This document shows positions 1 to 12,790 of a stretch of 64,000 bases of DNA, piece by piece (within the stretch, counting starts at the first letter, position 1; each line of letters starts with the position of its first letter). Made by a program: the position numbers and the translations under genes. The notes below the pieces were generated by a model. It saw only the letters and a list, made by a program, of their open reading frames with translations. It did not search any database and had not been told where the DNA came from. The stretch comes from Tubiluchus corallicola. Its lineage: Eukaryota; Animalia; Priapulida. The DNA lies in NCBI GenBank assembly GCA_030141605.1, contig JAQGDQ010000033.1, positions 988,219 through 1,052,218 on the forward strand, read 5' to 3'.

Positions 1-311
1 TATTTATGTTTAGTACTCTTAATGAGTGCTAGCACATTTTTGCACATGTCAGATAATAATAATTATTGTTGATAGTTATACTGTTTTACATATTTTGAAA
101 CATTGTTGTGATAAGACATCAATTGTGACATCTGCTCAAGCGAGTTGGTTTCTGTCATTTTGTGTTAGATTACAAAAACATCAAGATACAAACATGCATG
201 CCAGCCTAAATACCTGATTCACGCCATTTGAATTTTGAAAACTTGTGTTACAAAGTTTTATTGTTAGATTATATTTTATCTGATGGACAACTTTATTTTT
301 GTCTTCAATAG

Positions 312-3300
312 GATTGCACACGAGACAATTTACTGCGTTTATTGAAAGTAACATGTGATGATGCCTGGGATTTATTTTCCAATCATGATCGGTTAATTTT
401 TATGTCAATGTACAAGTGGCTGCATGATGAATCCAGACAACAGGAAGACATGAAGAAATGTCGTAATTTAGGTAACTTTAAGTAACGATATGGCTTTCAA
501 TGCGTAAAAGCAGAATACTACATTTTTTTTGAATTGCTTTTTTCTTAGTGTTTTTTATTTTTCAAAAATGTGTAATTCACATCTTATTATGGAGATGACA
601 GTGTAAATTTAGCTCTTGTTTCAAACAATAATGAGTCCAGTTATTGTATAAACATGTCCTCACCAATGCTATTGAGTGGTTTAGTAGTTATTTCCTTGAA
701 CTAAATGCATCAAAAACTAAGGAAATTATCTTCAATTTCTGCCAGGATAAATCTAGAATTTTGCCCATTAACATCAATGACACTGAGGTCTAAAAAGTTG
801 ATGTCTATAAGCACCTTGAATGTTTTATTGATAGAAAATGAACACTCTCTTCATATGTCTCTCATGTAGTCAGCAAGGCCAATAACAGTATGTATTGTGT
901 TCGAAAAATGAAAAATCTAAATGTTGATCGTTCACTAATAATTATGTTTTACGACATAGTAACCTCTTCTGTTCTAAATTATTGTAATGTGGTCTTTTTC
1001 ATATGCTTGCTAAGTACTTTAAAATTTATTTGGAAACACCAAGGAGAAAATGTATAAAGTTCGTTGGTAAGAATAATGAACGTCTGATTCTTGACCACAC
1101 CTTTCTGTGTGATATGTTACTGGAGATGTTAAAAAAAGACTATGGCAGACAACTTTCATCCTCTACATGAAGACTACATGTTTCTCCCACATAAAACAAG
1201 ATTAAATGTACCATCTTCAAGAACACATCGCTTTAATCCCACTTCAGTCAAAGCATTCAATAGTAGCTAAACACTTTAAACACTTTTAAATTTTTTAAAG
1301 CTTTATTTTAATTGTAACACTGAGATTTTTATGTTCAGTTAAATTTAATTATAGTTGCAAACTTGTTCTGGTAATTGTTTTTTAACTAATCTGTCCAAAG
1401 CATAAAGGAAAATTTCGTGTAAACCAATAATATATATGACCAGTAAAGATGTCTGTGTCTATCTTAATTTTTGGACACTTATAATGTATTATGGGAAATG
1501 GAATCAGTAGATTTTATTATCTAACTCTTTTTTGGTTATTTGTTTGTTTGGCACTTTCAGTATTTTCAAGAAATGCCATTGACTAAATAGTATGTGTGGT
1601 GTCCATAATGCTGTCAAATAATATCTTCTATGAAAAATGTGTAAATATGTTCTGTTTTTTGCAATGGATTGAAAACTTTAATAATATTAATATTTTTCTA
1701 GTTGTCAGTCCATCTGAACAAGGCACAGCCGTCTTGGCACCTGCCATTTCAAGTGCAAATGCTAAAAATCAAGACTTCGTTGAAAATTTTGAAGAGCAAG
1801 TGAGCTACAAAGATAGTCAACGATGTCAAGAAACTACATATTCTAATATTACTTCTATACCAGGCACTACTAAAGAAACTAATGCTGATATTGATGTGTA
1901 TCATGCTGATAGACCACAGTCTAATGAGGTTGTAGATCTTTCGACTGACCAGACAGTTGCCCATGTGGAAGCAGAGTTTAATAGCCAAAACTATGAAATT
2001 GAAGAAGTAAACATGCAGGAGTACCAGCTTGATCAGCCAGTACACGTAACAGGACTTCCTGTTGTGGATAATTATGCAATTGCAACGAGGTTTAAAGCAA
2101 AACTTGCACATCTGAAAATTAGTCAGAGGCAAGCTGCAGCCAATATTTTACATGTATGTGTGTTTTTAATTTTGTTGTAATAGCAGAGCTTTATATTTCT
2201 TTATAGAGAGTGTTTGCTGTTAAAAATTGTTTTACGTTGAATGTTGTCTACTATGATGTGCCATTTTTATACTATGCTTACCATTTAATGATTACTATTT
2301 TACAGTAATTGTAAAATGTGAACTGTCACTTTGCATTTAGTTTTTGTTTCAATTTTACAGATTTCTCAAGGATATTTGTGTGATCTCATAAACCATCCTA
2401 GACCATGGCATTCGATAACTCATGAAAGCAAGATGCGGTATTATGATATGCAGAATTGGTTAGAGCAATATGAAAATGCTGACGAATGGGTGGCATTTGA
2501 CTTAAAGGAATTGTTTTCTTTTTCTTCTAAAAACCAGTCAAATGCAAATTCTAGCAAGACAGTACAGATGAACATGACTAGTCCAAATGCACAGAAAGAT
2601 ATATCAGTGAAAAGTGAAGTATCGTCACCAACAGCTGAAAATGTTACCAATAATGCAGCAACTTCAACCGACGTGGATTCTAACAAACAGGTTATTTATG
2701 CTGTAAAGGATGAAAATAGTGAACACGGTGAATACTACATTGTTGTCGAGTCTGCAGATGATACGTCGCTTATTACTACCCAAGAGGAAGCTGTTCAAGT
2801 TCAACCCGAGGAAAGTCAGCATGATGATAGTCCCGATATCGTCGATGATTTAGGTAGCGAGGAAACGGTAGTGGGTTCGTTTGAGAAATGTGATGTGGTG
2901 CTTGAACTGGAAGATCCCACGGCAGTGTTGGACACGAAGTCTGTCGCTTCCCAGTTTAAGAATAGGCTAGAAGAACTGGGTATTGGCCAACGTTTTGCTG
3001 CTCAATACATAATAAAGGTGAGAGAGTGTAGGTGCGACTGCTTTATTATCATTACTGTTTAATAAGCTAAAACTAAAACTTGCTTTGAAAGGCTATTTCA
3101 AGTTCAAGTTTGCAGATTTTGCCTTTATGATATATTATGAGAAAAATATTGAGCAAAATTTAGTTAAAAATCAATTTTTGGAAATCACATGCTAGAATTT
3201 GATTTCTCCCACAAGTAAGTTAATTCTTACATTATTTTTTGTCTCTATTGACTAACTTCAAAACGAAAAACTATATGGTATAATTTTGTTCTGTAGCACC

Positions 3301-4853
3301 ATCTAAAATCACAAGGACACTTAGCTGATTTGTTGAATCATCCACGGCCATGGCATAAGTGTGCCACTCCCGTACAACAAATCTACCTGCGTATGTGTGT
3401 CTGGTTGCAAGATGAGCCTCTCCAACGTGAAGATGCTTATAAATATCACAGCATCCCTAAAGGTATGGAAAACTTAAAGTTCCAAAGCTTAAAGATCTAA
3501 AGTTAGTTGATGCAGCTATTTTTTAAGTTGGAAATTTGGAAGATGCAAGCATTATTGACTTGACTTTTTGTCTATTAAATTACTGTTTTGTTATTTTTAT
3601 AATCTGTTTACTGATGATTTTGAGTGTAGACATCTCTGTTCTTTCTGAATGTTCTTAAACATTAATTATAGTACCATCATTGTATTTAAGCCTAGAACTA
3701 CTGGAATTTTTTATAAAAACAGTATTATTAATAAACGAACATTTTTTTGTTAAATGTTTTTTCATACTGCAATATTATTAGGCTACAGTGTAGCACCATA
3801 TTACAGCTAGGCGTGTTCGAGGTTCGGGTTGGGGTACGTGACACTAATTGAATTCAAGGTCAGGATTTTTGAGGTTAGGGTCGAAATGTTCGAAATCAGT
3901 AAATTGAGATAAGAAAATTCCAGCGAAATTCTGTAATTTTGGCTCCAACCTCATTACTTATATATAGGTGCCTAGAATCATGAACAAAAAAAACTTCTCT
4001 GGAGTGTGAGCTGGTTTCACCTTGCTCACACACTGTTTGACAACTTACCAGCTACAACTGCATTAATTACCTGTAATTTTGTCAATGATAAACAGTTTAT
4101 TTGCTGTCTACCATGTAGTAACAATAAGTATATTCCACATTGCCATGTGGTGTCAATGTAATCAAATTTTGCACTAAACCTGCATACTTCACTATGATAA
4201 ATAAATGCAAAGTAAATGTAACAGTAATCTTCTTGCCATGAAGTTAAAACAATTGTTAGAAAGAATAAATATGCGTAAGGCCATCTGTTTGTAGTGCCTT
4301 AAGAACATTATCTGCTTCGGCAATATTTACACGGGATTTAGTAGCAGTACTGTGAGACAAGAATAACACAACATATTTTCCCTCCTAAATTGTTTCAAAT
4401 TATTGACAAAGTGTACCCCACTAAAGGCATCTTACTCACAAATGGCCAAAATGCTGCCGTATGCATTCTTTCTGTAATGTGCCATACATTGGACATTACT
4501 TATACACTTTTTTTGATACATACTTGTCCATCTAGTAGTTGTATACGTATGGTAGCTGCACATGCTTACAGTGTACAGTGTTATAGAGAACCTTTTTCTT
4601 GGTCCCCAGCAAATTTGCTATAATGATGTTACTGTATTTACCTAATTGTATTTTAGGAAAAAGAGGTAAGCAAGTTGGTCCTGCAACCAAACCTACACGA
4701 GTTACTCCACAACAGCTGTATATACTGGAGAATGAGTTTAAAAAGAATGAATATTTATCAAAGGAAGATGTGGAGGACATGTCTAAAGTGTTATCGTTGC
4801 CTGTCCGAGTGATACGTAATTGGTTTAATAATAGAAGAGCACGTTCAAAGTGA
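312..4853 (+). CDS. Divergent CUT-class homeobox protein (at least 3 CUT repeats + C-terminal homeodomain), 5' end outside window
   Basis: Phase-consistent GT-AG exons: 312-471, 1702-2153, 2361-3017, 3297-3462, 4657-4853. CUT signatures: IATRFKAKLAHLKISQRQAAANILH|ISQGYLCDLINHPRPW..MQNWLEQ and LDTKSVASQFKNRLEELGIGQRFAAQYIIK|HHLKSQGHLADLLNHPRPW..YLRMCVWLQ; a degenerate CUT second half (..AWDLFSNHDRLIFMSMYKWLHDE) in 312-471. Homeodomain TPQQLYILENEFKKNEYLS..VIRNWFNNRRARSK*. Confidence 0.9.
575..1450 (+). mobile_element. Degenerate 5'-truncated non-LTR retrotransposon (CR1/L2/Rex1-Babar-like RT C-terminal half) in an intron
   Basis: Broken reading frames give YGDDS (588-602, YADD-like), LELNASKTKEIIFNF, KVDVYKHL..IDRK, VVSKANNSMYCVRKMKNLNVDRSLIIMFY and HPLHEDY..SSRTHRF, typical of the RT thumb/C-terminal region of CR1-group LINEs; multiple stops and frameshifts. 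Boundaries approximate. Confidence 0.75.
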
Positions 4854-5016
4854 CCAAATTCTATAAAAAAAATCATGATTGTTTCCATGTTTCATGAAAG
4901 TGTTCATTAAATCAATGTGTTTTTGTGTATTTAATCAGTTAGTCTTGCTGCTAGTTTGATATGATGTCATTTATTATTTCTATGTTTACGAATTTGCATT
5001 TTCCCATATGTTTGTA

Positions 5017-5022
5017 AATAAA
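5017..5022 (+). promoter_or_regulatory. Polyadenylation signal of the homeodomain-ending transcript
   Basis: AATAAA about 165 nt after the homeodomain stop, followed by T/GT-rich sequence (5031-5095). Confidence 0.6.
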
Positions 5023-5271
5023 GAACCTCAGTTTTTTCTTTATATCACGTATTTTTGTTTTTGTTTAGCAAATCGTTTACATTTCTCTGTGTGTTGTTAA
5101 AAAGCTCATGTACAGTAAAATTTCCACAAGTGTCATAATTCTTTAGTATACAAAAGCATAACTTAAGTGCTGAATGAAAGCCGATGATAGAACATTCTCT
5201 TGAATAGACAACGTGTCGCAGTATTTTACCTGAAAAGTTTACGGGATTGTGTAGACTGATTCTTTAGACCT

Positions 5272-5379
5272 GAGCTCAGTTTCACTAAGCCGTCACTGAA
5301 TTAACGGAATCGTTATTAATAATTTTGGAATGTAATAATGATATCACTAGCCTAGTCACGGCTTTCTGAAACTCGCCTC
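5272..5379. mobile_element. Short palindromic MITE-like element
   Basis: Imperfect terminal inverted repeats: GAGCTCAGTTTCACTAAGCCGTCAC versus the reverse complement of the right end, GAGGCGAGTTTCAGAAAGCCGTGAC. Confidence 0.45.
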
Positions 5380-6233
5380 TGGACATTGTGTACCACTCCT
5401 CTTTCTTATCAAAATTGTGCCTTTTTTGCTTAATTTATTTTACTATTTTGAAGCTTTGCCACAAAATACCTGCGAAGCATTGAAATTTAGGCTACCAGTA
5501 TTGCAGTTCTTGCTTTAAACAAATGCTGTGAAAAGCAGAATGTTGCACCTATCTTTCAATAGTAGTACTGATATGAAGTTAATAATGTGATGTACATCAA
5601 TTAAAAGCTTTACTAGTCATAGGCTCATATCTGTGTCTCAGCTGTGTTTAGATAAGGTAGTGGTGATCTTCTGCTTGTGAAACAAGTGATCTAAAGCAAA
5701 CTGAATTAAACAAACTAAAAATACTAGTACTTGCAGTGTACTCTCAATTTTCTGAGCTATTTTCCAGCTTAGCCTACATGGATAATAAAAACATCCGTTT
5801 TAAGCTTCGCATCATCTGCTCATTATAAATGCAGAGAATGTTCAATCACTTTTGGCCAGTTACCCTGGTGTTTGGTGTCTTGTATCAATGTTAAATTGCT
5901 AATTTTTTAACAATTTGCTGCATAATGTAAGGAGAAAATCAGATAAATCCAATCTTGCATTTATAAAATGCAGCAAATGTTGAGACGCAACTTTCATAAC
6001 TAAATGTTATGTTAATTATGTTGTGTAATTACTGATGATAATCTAGTTGATGACAGTCTATTACATGTATGTTATAGATAATGATGACTACTTCTTCGGC
6101 ATATTTACACTGCTTTCTTATGTAGCATTGCCAGGTAATTCTTTGAAAAAATTAGTGTGCAGTGCTTATAATATACCATGACAAAAATCGCCTTGATCTT
6201 GCTCTGATTCCTCAATATTTTGATTGGAATTAG

Positions 6234-9200
6234 GTACAGAGAGGAGAATTCCAGTGCATGTTGTGCCAAAGAATAAATCAAATGGGGCACCATCAACTTA
6301 TCGAGTGATCAATAAAACGCAGGCAAAACATACTGGTAAGATCCATAATTTGGAGTAAATATTGAATAAAACTTTATCATACACATTATACATGATGAGG
6401 TTTGACATATGAAATGAGACTTGTAGTAGCCCAGATAGGGCTCTGCATTTTTGAGATCTTGCCACAGACAGTTCTAATGCCTTTATTCACATTCAAGCAA
6501 ATAAATGTTTCATATCTGGACAATAGTGTTCTTCTACACATGGTGCAAGTCTCGTGCCTTATAGTGTGTTAACAATGTCGTTTTGGCAGAAGTGGAAGAA
6601 CCCTGTAATATCGTTGTTGTTATTATTGTGGCATTATTGTTTAGCCCTACTGAGCAGCCATTATAGCTGCCACTAAATTACATATTCATATTAATACCTG
6701 CCGCGGTATACATGAAATTTTTTGTTTCTGCTTTGCATAGACTTAGTTTAGTTTAATTAGTTAAGCAATTAACATGACAAGTTCGCAAAGCTCAAAAAGT
6801 GAAAAAATAGATGTGTGAAATAAGTTTTACTGAAATAAACTGCAACCATTCACTTTTCTTTATGATCTCATATCAGCAACTGGTGACTGTCAATCAGATA
6901 GTGCAAGTACCATAAAATTACTGGAAATGATTGTGGTGTCAGAAGAAACGGGACCTTTGGCTAATGTTCGATCCTCTGCACATCATAGCTCAAATCAAGG
7001 TGCTGACTAAAAACAGTCTTTGTTGCTTTTTCATACTATTATTAAGTCAACCCCTGTGTAAGCGGCTGTTTTAATACCAAGCTCAAGAACTAATTCTGTC
7101 TTATGGAACATTGAAAGTGGCCCTCCTTTAAGTATTGGCTGGTTTGTGTGGGGTAGATAATAATAATCAAGTTTTTCACTAAAATAAATTTTTCAATTTT
7201 GTCATTCAGAAGAGCTTTCTCCTAACATGAGTGAATAGATTTTTCTAACTAATTGGTGATTACAGCAAGTTTGATAATTGTTTATTTTAATCATTGAGAC
7301 TGTTTTTGTAAACTTAGGATGACACTTGTAACAAACAAATTTTGAAACTTTTTTCTCACCTTTTTCATTACAAGTGAGTTTTTCCTTTACATGTGGGATG
7401 AAGGAATTTTAGTGCAAGAGCAATTGATTCAATTTGATTGATTTTCTTAGCTGTCAAGAAAAACCGTCCTGGGAGACCAAAGAAGAATGCTGGAATTGAA
7501 TTACCAAGTTCATCTAGTACAACCACTTTCACAGTTACTTCTTTACCATTGGACAGTTTACCAGGTCTGTTGAGAGATCAATCTGTGAAATTAGGTAGGT
7601 TGCTGGTTTAAAAGCCAGTGAATTTTTGTGTATTTCAATTTGATTCTTCTCTTTCTCATAACAGTGTTACTGTAAACATGGATTTCGTGTATATAAGTGC
7701 GATTAATTTTTATTTTAAATACTGACCTACACTTGGCTGTAGCCTGCATTACGTAACATTACTTGCAATTTTGTAAGCTTAGTAAGCTCATAATTTTGTT
7801 GTTCTTCAGAAATATATTTTCATACAGACTAAGTTTTTGTGAAACACAATCTGCACTATGATTGATGGAGGTGCAATGATTATAACTTTCCAAGAGATAG
7901 TGCTGTGAACATTTTTGCATAGCGTAACCTCAACAATACAAAGTCTTGTTCAATACTGGTTCAAATCCTTTCATAGGTTTCAACTTATTTTTTTAGACAC
8001 AGATCTGACACATAATTTCGACTACTAGGTTGTTGGCTCATTTCATCACCAGCTGTGCCGGTAGATTTAGCTGAAGAGTGCTCTGTGACAGCTTTTTGTT
8101 AATTTTGTAAACTGCCTCTTAAGCATTGGATAAGTAGTGGTTATGACATGCATGAGAAATAGGTGACAGAATAAGGCATGTATTTAGTAACCATAGTTAA
8201 GCAGCTTTGTGGTTGATTACTAAATGGATGGGAAGAGAATGGCAGTAAAACTTGCTTTTACAATATGGCCCTTGTCTATTTATTTTGTTAAGGAAGGATG
8301 TATGCATGCCTAAATGTGGTTAAGGCACTAGCTGCTTGTTCAGCATTAAAGAATTGTCCTTGATTGTGAGCTAAGTTCAAATCTTATCACAGCTATTTTG
8401 TTAAGTAGGTTGTGCTGTTGAGTAGTAGATCTCTACTTGCACAGTAGCATAGTTTATAAAAAATTGAGGTAGAAAATTTATATTTGTAGGACTTGAGGCA
8501 CACGAAGAAGACTTGGAGAAATACAAGTGTGAAAAATGTGGGTATCAAGCTTACTATGCTGTGCAATACCAGGAGCACATACTGGAGCATTTAGTTGACT
8601 TACTGCAGTGCAAATGTTGCCAATTCAAGACTTTCAAAGAGAGTGACCTCAAGAAACATTACCATGTAAGAAGAGGACTAAAATTCTCACATGTTTTTTC
8701 TGTAACAGTGTGTTTGATGTTACAATTTTAAAATTTTTAAAAATTTGCTATCTAGCAGCATATTATCAAAGTTTAACATGAAACCTTGGACTCTTTCCAA
8801 TGACGAGAACAAAGGTTGGGTATGTGGCTGATGATTGGTGGTCATGACAGTTTGTATAGCTTAATTCAGGTGAATTTGTGATTCTGGCAACCTTCAACAT
8901 TTCACTCTGAGGAGAACATTATGATCTCATTCTGGGACATAATTGCTATTGACAATGGGACTTGGGGCATTCCTTCATTCTTGCCTTACACGTTTAAGTT
9001 TTTATGTCAAATTCTAGTAAATAGTCTTTAAGATCATTGGCTAATTAATAATGTTTGTTTTGTTGTTATTTTTAGATTAGCCATCCTCGATATATTTGTC
9101 CGGTTTGCGAATATACAGCCAACATGCCTTACCTGATCAAACGTCACATGATCCAGCATTCTGTGAATGGTTGCAAGTGTGAGATATGTGGAAAAAAATA

Positions 9201-12200
9201 CAAGGTATAATTTGTGTAGGACTTTCTACATGTTTCATTAAAATATTCGCGAATGATTAAGAAAATGTAAATATACTTGTTTCTTAGCCGTACCACCAAG
9301 GGTAAGTATAGTGCTCATGGCACTCACACACCACTCACACATAGAGCATGCATGTTTATCTACTCACCCTTGAACTCACTATGCTTTGTTGGATGGTGCT
9401 GAAAATAAAGATAACAATGGTTAATTAATTTTTTTGGAAAAAGATAAATTAAACGTAGGTGACTTTGAAATATGTGCCAAGTTGTGTTTCTGAAATTAAA
9501 ATTTGAATTTTCAGGATCAGTACATCCTGAAGAGTCATGTAGAGTTGGTCCACATGCCTCCCGGAGAGATGTTTACGTGTGAAGTATGCGGCAAAGAATT
9601 TAATCGCAAATCTCATTTGAATCGACACCTACGGATACACAATCTTGTGAGAAATCATAAGTGTCCAGTTTGTGATTATAGGTAAAGTAAAAAAGTATTA
9701 ACAAGGTATAACTAATATGGGCATTTCTACCGAGCACCACTATAACACACTCATGATATTTAGAAAACCCCAAATATCTGGCTCTGGCATGTTAATGTAT
9801 TTATTAATAGTTTTTTGAACCCACTTCACTTGTAATGGTGTCTCATCAACATACTGAATAATATCCCAGTTACAAAATATGAATTTCTGTACTGAAGCAT
9901 TGAACTTTGGGCATTTTGAGTGCTGGTCACATGTACTTACCTTTACACTAGACCAGTTACACAGGTAGCCCAAGACCAGTTTTTCCAAATCTGGATAGTT
10001 GTGATACACTGACTGTGACCTTGCCGAATCAAAACTGAAAATGTTACATCACATTTCTAAAGCAACTGAAGCTATGTCAGTCAGACATGGTACATATTGG
10101 CTGTGCATTGTTTAATTGCACATCACTGGCCTGATAAACTTAACCTTTTGCTGTAATGCAGTTTTACTCATTTAGGGGTGTGGAACGATCAGACGTAACT
10201 AAGCACATGGCTATACATGACGTGCCGCAACACACTTGTGATATCTGTGGAAAACAATTCCGATTTCTTAAAAACAGGACTATGCACATGAAAAGGTACA
10301 TGACGATATGTCGTATGATAAAGTATAAAATTTCTTAATATTAGAATGAATTTTACATCTAATTTTATGTTTACTCTGCTGGTTAGTGATAGATTTAACA
10401 CTATGGCTGCAGTTCAATTTAGTTAAAATTTGCATTGAAAATTGGAACTTCATTCTGAAAACAAAAAAACTAAAAAGCACAACTAAAATGATAAACTTAT
10501 TCAATGATTGCAAAATAGAATTAAAAAAATCACTCTAGCTTAGTAAAGTTTTGTGAAATCATGGTAAGTGTAGTTATCCTTCACTTTATTATTATATGTA
10601 CTGACATTTACCGGGTTGTCATTTTTTGACCGTTATCTTGTCATTTACTTAGCTAACCTTATGTCAGTTAGAGTATGACAACATCAATTAGACAAAGTTT
10701 CTTTGCTAATATGATGAAATAAGAATGTTGCAATTTTAGGCACTGGGATAAAAAATAGTACAAGTGTGGCATTTGTGATTTCTACGGCTATTCATTTACT
10801 GAGGTTCGCAAACATGTAGAACGTGTTCATGTTGAGCAGCATTCGCTTAGCTAACCTCATGTCAGTTATAATACGACAACATCAGTTAGACAAAGTTTTT
10901 TTTGCTAACAAAGAAATAAGAAATGTTGAAATTTTAGGCATTGGGGTAAGAAAGACTACAAGTGTGGCATTTGTGATTTCTACGGCTATTCATTTACTGA
11001 GGTTCGCAAGCATATCGAACGTGTTCATGTTGAGCAGCAGAAACTGTTGCAGTGTAACACATGCTCATCATCCTTTTCTTCTTTGACGGATTTTCAGGTA
11101 GAGTATGAATACTCAGTGAATAAATTATTTCATTAAATGCTTTTATAAGCAGATAAACTGAATAATCCGAATTGCTGGGAAATGAGCCTCCTGTCTATCA
11201 GCCAATGTCAAGTGTTAAATTTATAAAATTAGTTTATGAACTGTGCACTCTCCAAAATAACTAAACTAGTAAAGGAACCAGGTTGCCACATTTTGAATAA
11301 GTTTTTTCTGTTGCTGTCAAAATTCAAATTGCCAAAATTGGCATGGGTGTCATTAATGTTATCATCATCGTTACCATCATCTTCTTCCTCGTTGTCATTA
11401 TAACAAATAAAAAGTTTTATTCTCATTGAAATAATTTTCGTAATGGTATTGTCCTAATTTTTTTATTGTCATTTATTTTGTTGTTATCAACGTCATCTTC
11501 TTTGTCGACATCATTGTTATAATTTTTCAAACTCACCCTATCATATTTTAGCATTTGCACAGAACACAGAGACAAATATGAAAACAAAAGTTTGTATAAA
11601 CACTGCAGTTCTTTTCATCAAATTTGTTTAGCCTTGTGGCAATGGCAGTGAGATTTTCAAGTTTGATACAAACTGAAAATGAATATGAGATTGGATAGGA
11701 TAGGAGAATGGAAAGTTTATTAATTTATATTAATTGCATTTTTTACTCTTAGGAACATGGAGAATTAGGTACCTGTACTGCACCTGTGAGTGAAAATAAT
11801 GACAGTACAGAAGAGGTTATCTCCATTCCTGATAGTTTCACAAACTTGAAATCAGAAATAATTGCCACTGGAGATACTTTAGGTAGATTTTTATTTTTTA
11901 TTGCTAAACTGGCTAGCACTTAACTCTAGAGACACTGCATACGTGGGAGCCAAGCTTGGAATCTGCATTTTCTGAAAAAGCAGTTTTAGGGTACTTTAAG
12001 GCTGTATTTGTAGTGTTTCATTATAAATTCTTTCAAGTTTTTATGATATATTGTTTGGAGTATGTTGTGAATAATTAGGAATTTTCAATGAAAACTGCTC
12101 TTTGCCAAAAGTAGAAAAACATAGAGAAAGAAAACACTTCGAAACAAACTCAGGATCTGTATCAACACTTACAAGACCACAAAACCAAATTGTCTGCAAC

Positions 12201-12790
12201 TTACTATCAGCAAAACGAAGCCTGGTTAGAATGGTCTCTGAAATCTTATATCTGATAACCAAACCTGGTTAGAATAGTCTATAAAATTCTTATATCTGAT
12301 ACACATTTTATGTGTGTATAAATTAATACAATTGTAACTTTATTTTGATTTTACTGTCAAATCACAGGTATTCCTGAGCAAGAAGATATAACAGATAAGT
12401 CCAGCTTGACAGTGGAAAACTCTCACGATGTTTTAGATGGATTGGAGATAGAGTCTTTTGTAGCACAACAACAGGACATCAATATTAACCAAGTGAGTAT
12501 GCATCTGTGTTTAAAGGTGATTTTTGTTAAATTTTTTCGAACTTTGGTCTCTGCTGACTTTCATTTTAGCACATAGTGACCTATTAGTGTTTTATGTATA
12601 ATGTTTTTAACGTTTAATAATGTTATCACAATGTTGAAAGTTAACATTTATGGTAGTAGCTGTAATAACAATAAAAAACCATGATGATGATGATGATGAT
12701 GATGACAATAACACAATTCAATGATAATAACAGGACTTGCATACAAAAGAAGTGCTATTAGATGAATCAGCTGCGATAAACCAGTCCTGA
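6234..12790 (+). CDS. AT-hook + C2H2 zinc-finger array (8 C2H2 + 1 C2HC); no start exon found, 3' end uncertain
   Basis: Phase-consistent exons 6234-6335, 6877-6999, 7451-7594 (RPGRPKK AT-hook), 8490-8665, 9076-9204, 9515-9681, 10176-10295, 10938-11097, 11753-11882, 12368-12492. Last exon is either 12734-12790 (DLHTKEVLLDESAAINQS*) or 14025-14075 (NLKVILPEHFMKLWKY*). Example finger: FTCEVCGKEFNRKSHLNRHLRIH. Finger exons are solid; the three upstream exons rest on splice signals and open frames only. Confidence 0.85.
10642..11038 (+). repeat. 198-bp tandem duplication of an intron/exon junction; the upstream copy is a pseudo-exon with an in-frame TAG
   Basis: 10642-10839 matches 10840-11038. 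Copy 1 keeps the TTTTAG acceptor (exon would start at 10740) but reads HWDKK* (TAG 10756-10758) where copy 2 reads HWGKKD. Confidence 0.9.
12221..12301 (+). repeat. Two-copy ~43-bp tandem repeat
   Basis: CCTGGTTAGAAT(G/A)GTCT..TCTTATATCTGATA at 12221 and 12264. Confidence 0.75.

Noticed and set aside
1749-2686. Minus-strand ORFs 1749-2132 and 2441-2686
   Set aside because: Antisense shadows of CUT gene exons.
8308-8390. tRNA-like A/B box pair (TGGTTAAGG ... GTTCAAATC)
   Set aside because: No cloverleaf pairing; at most a decayed SINE head.
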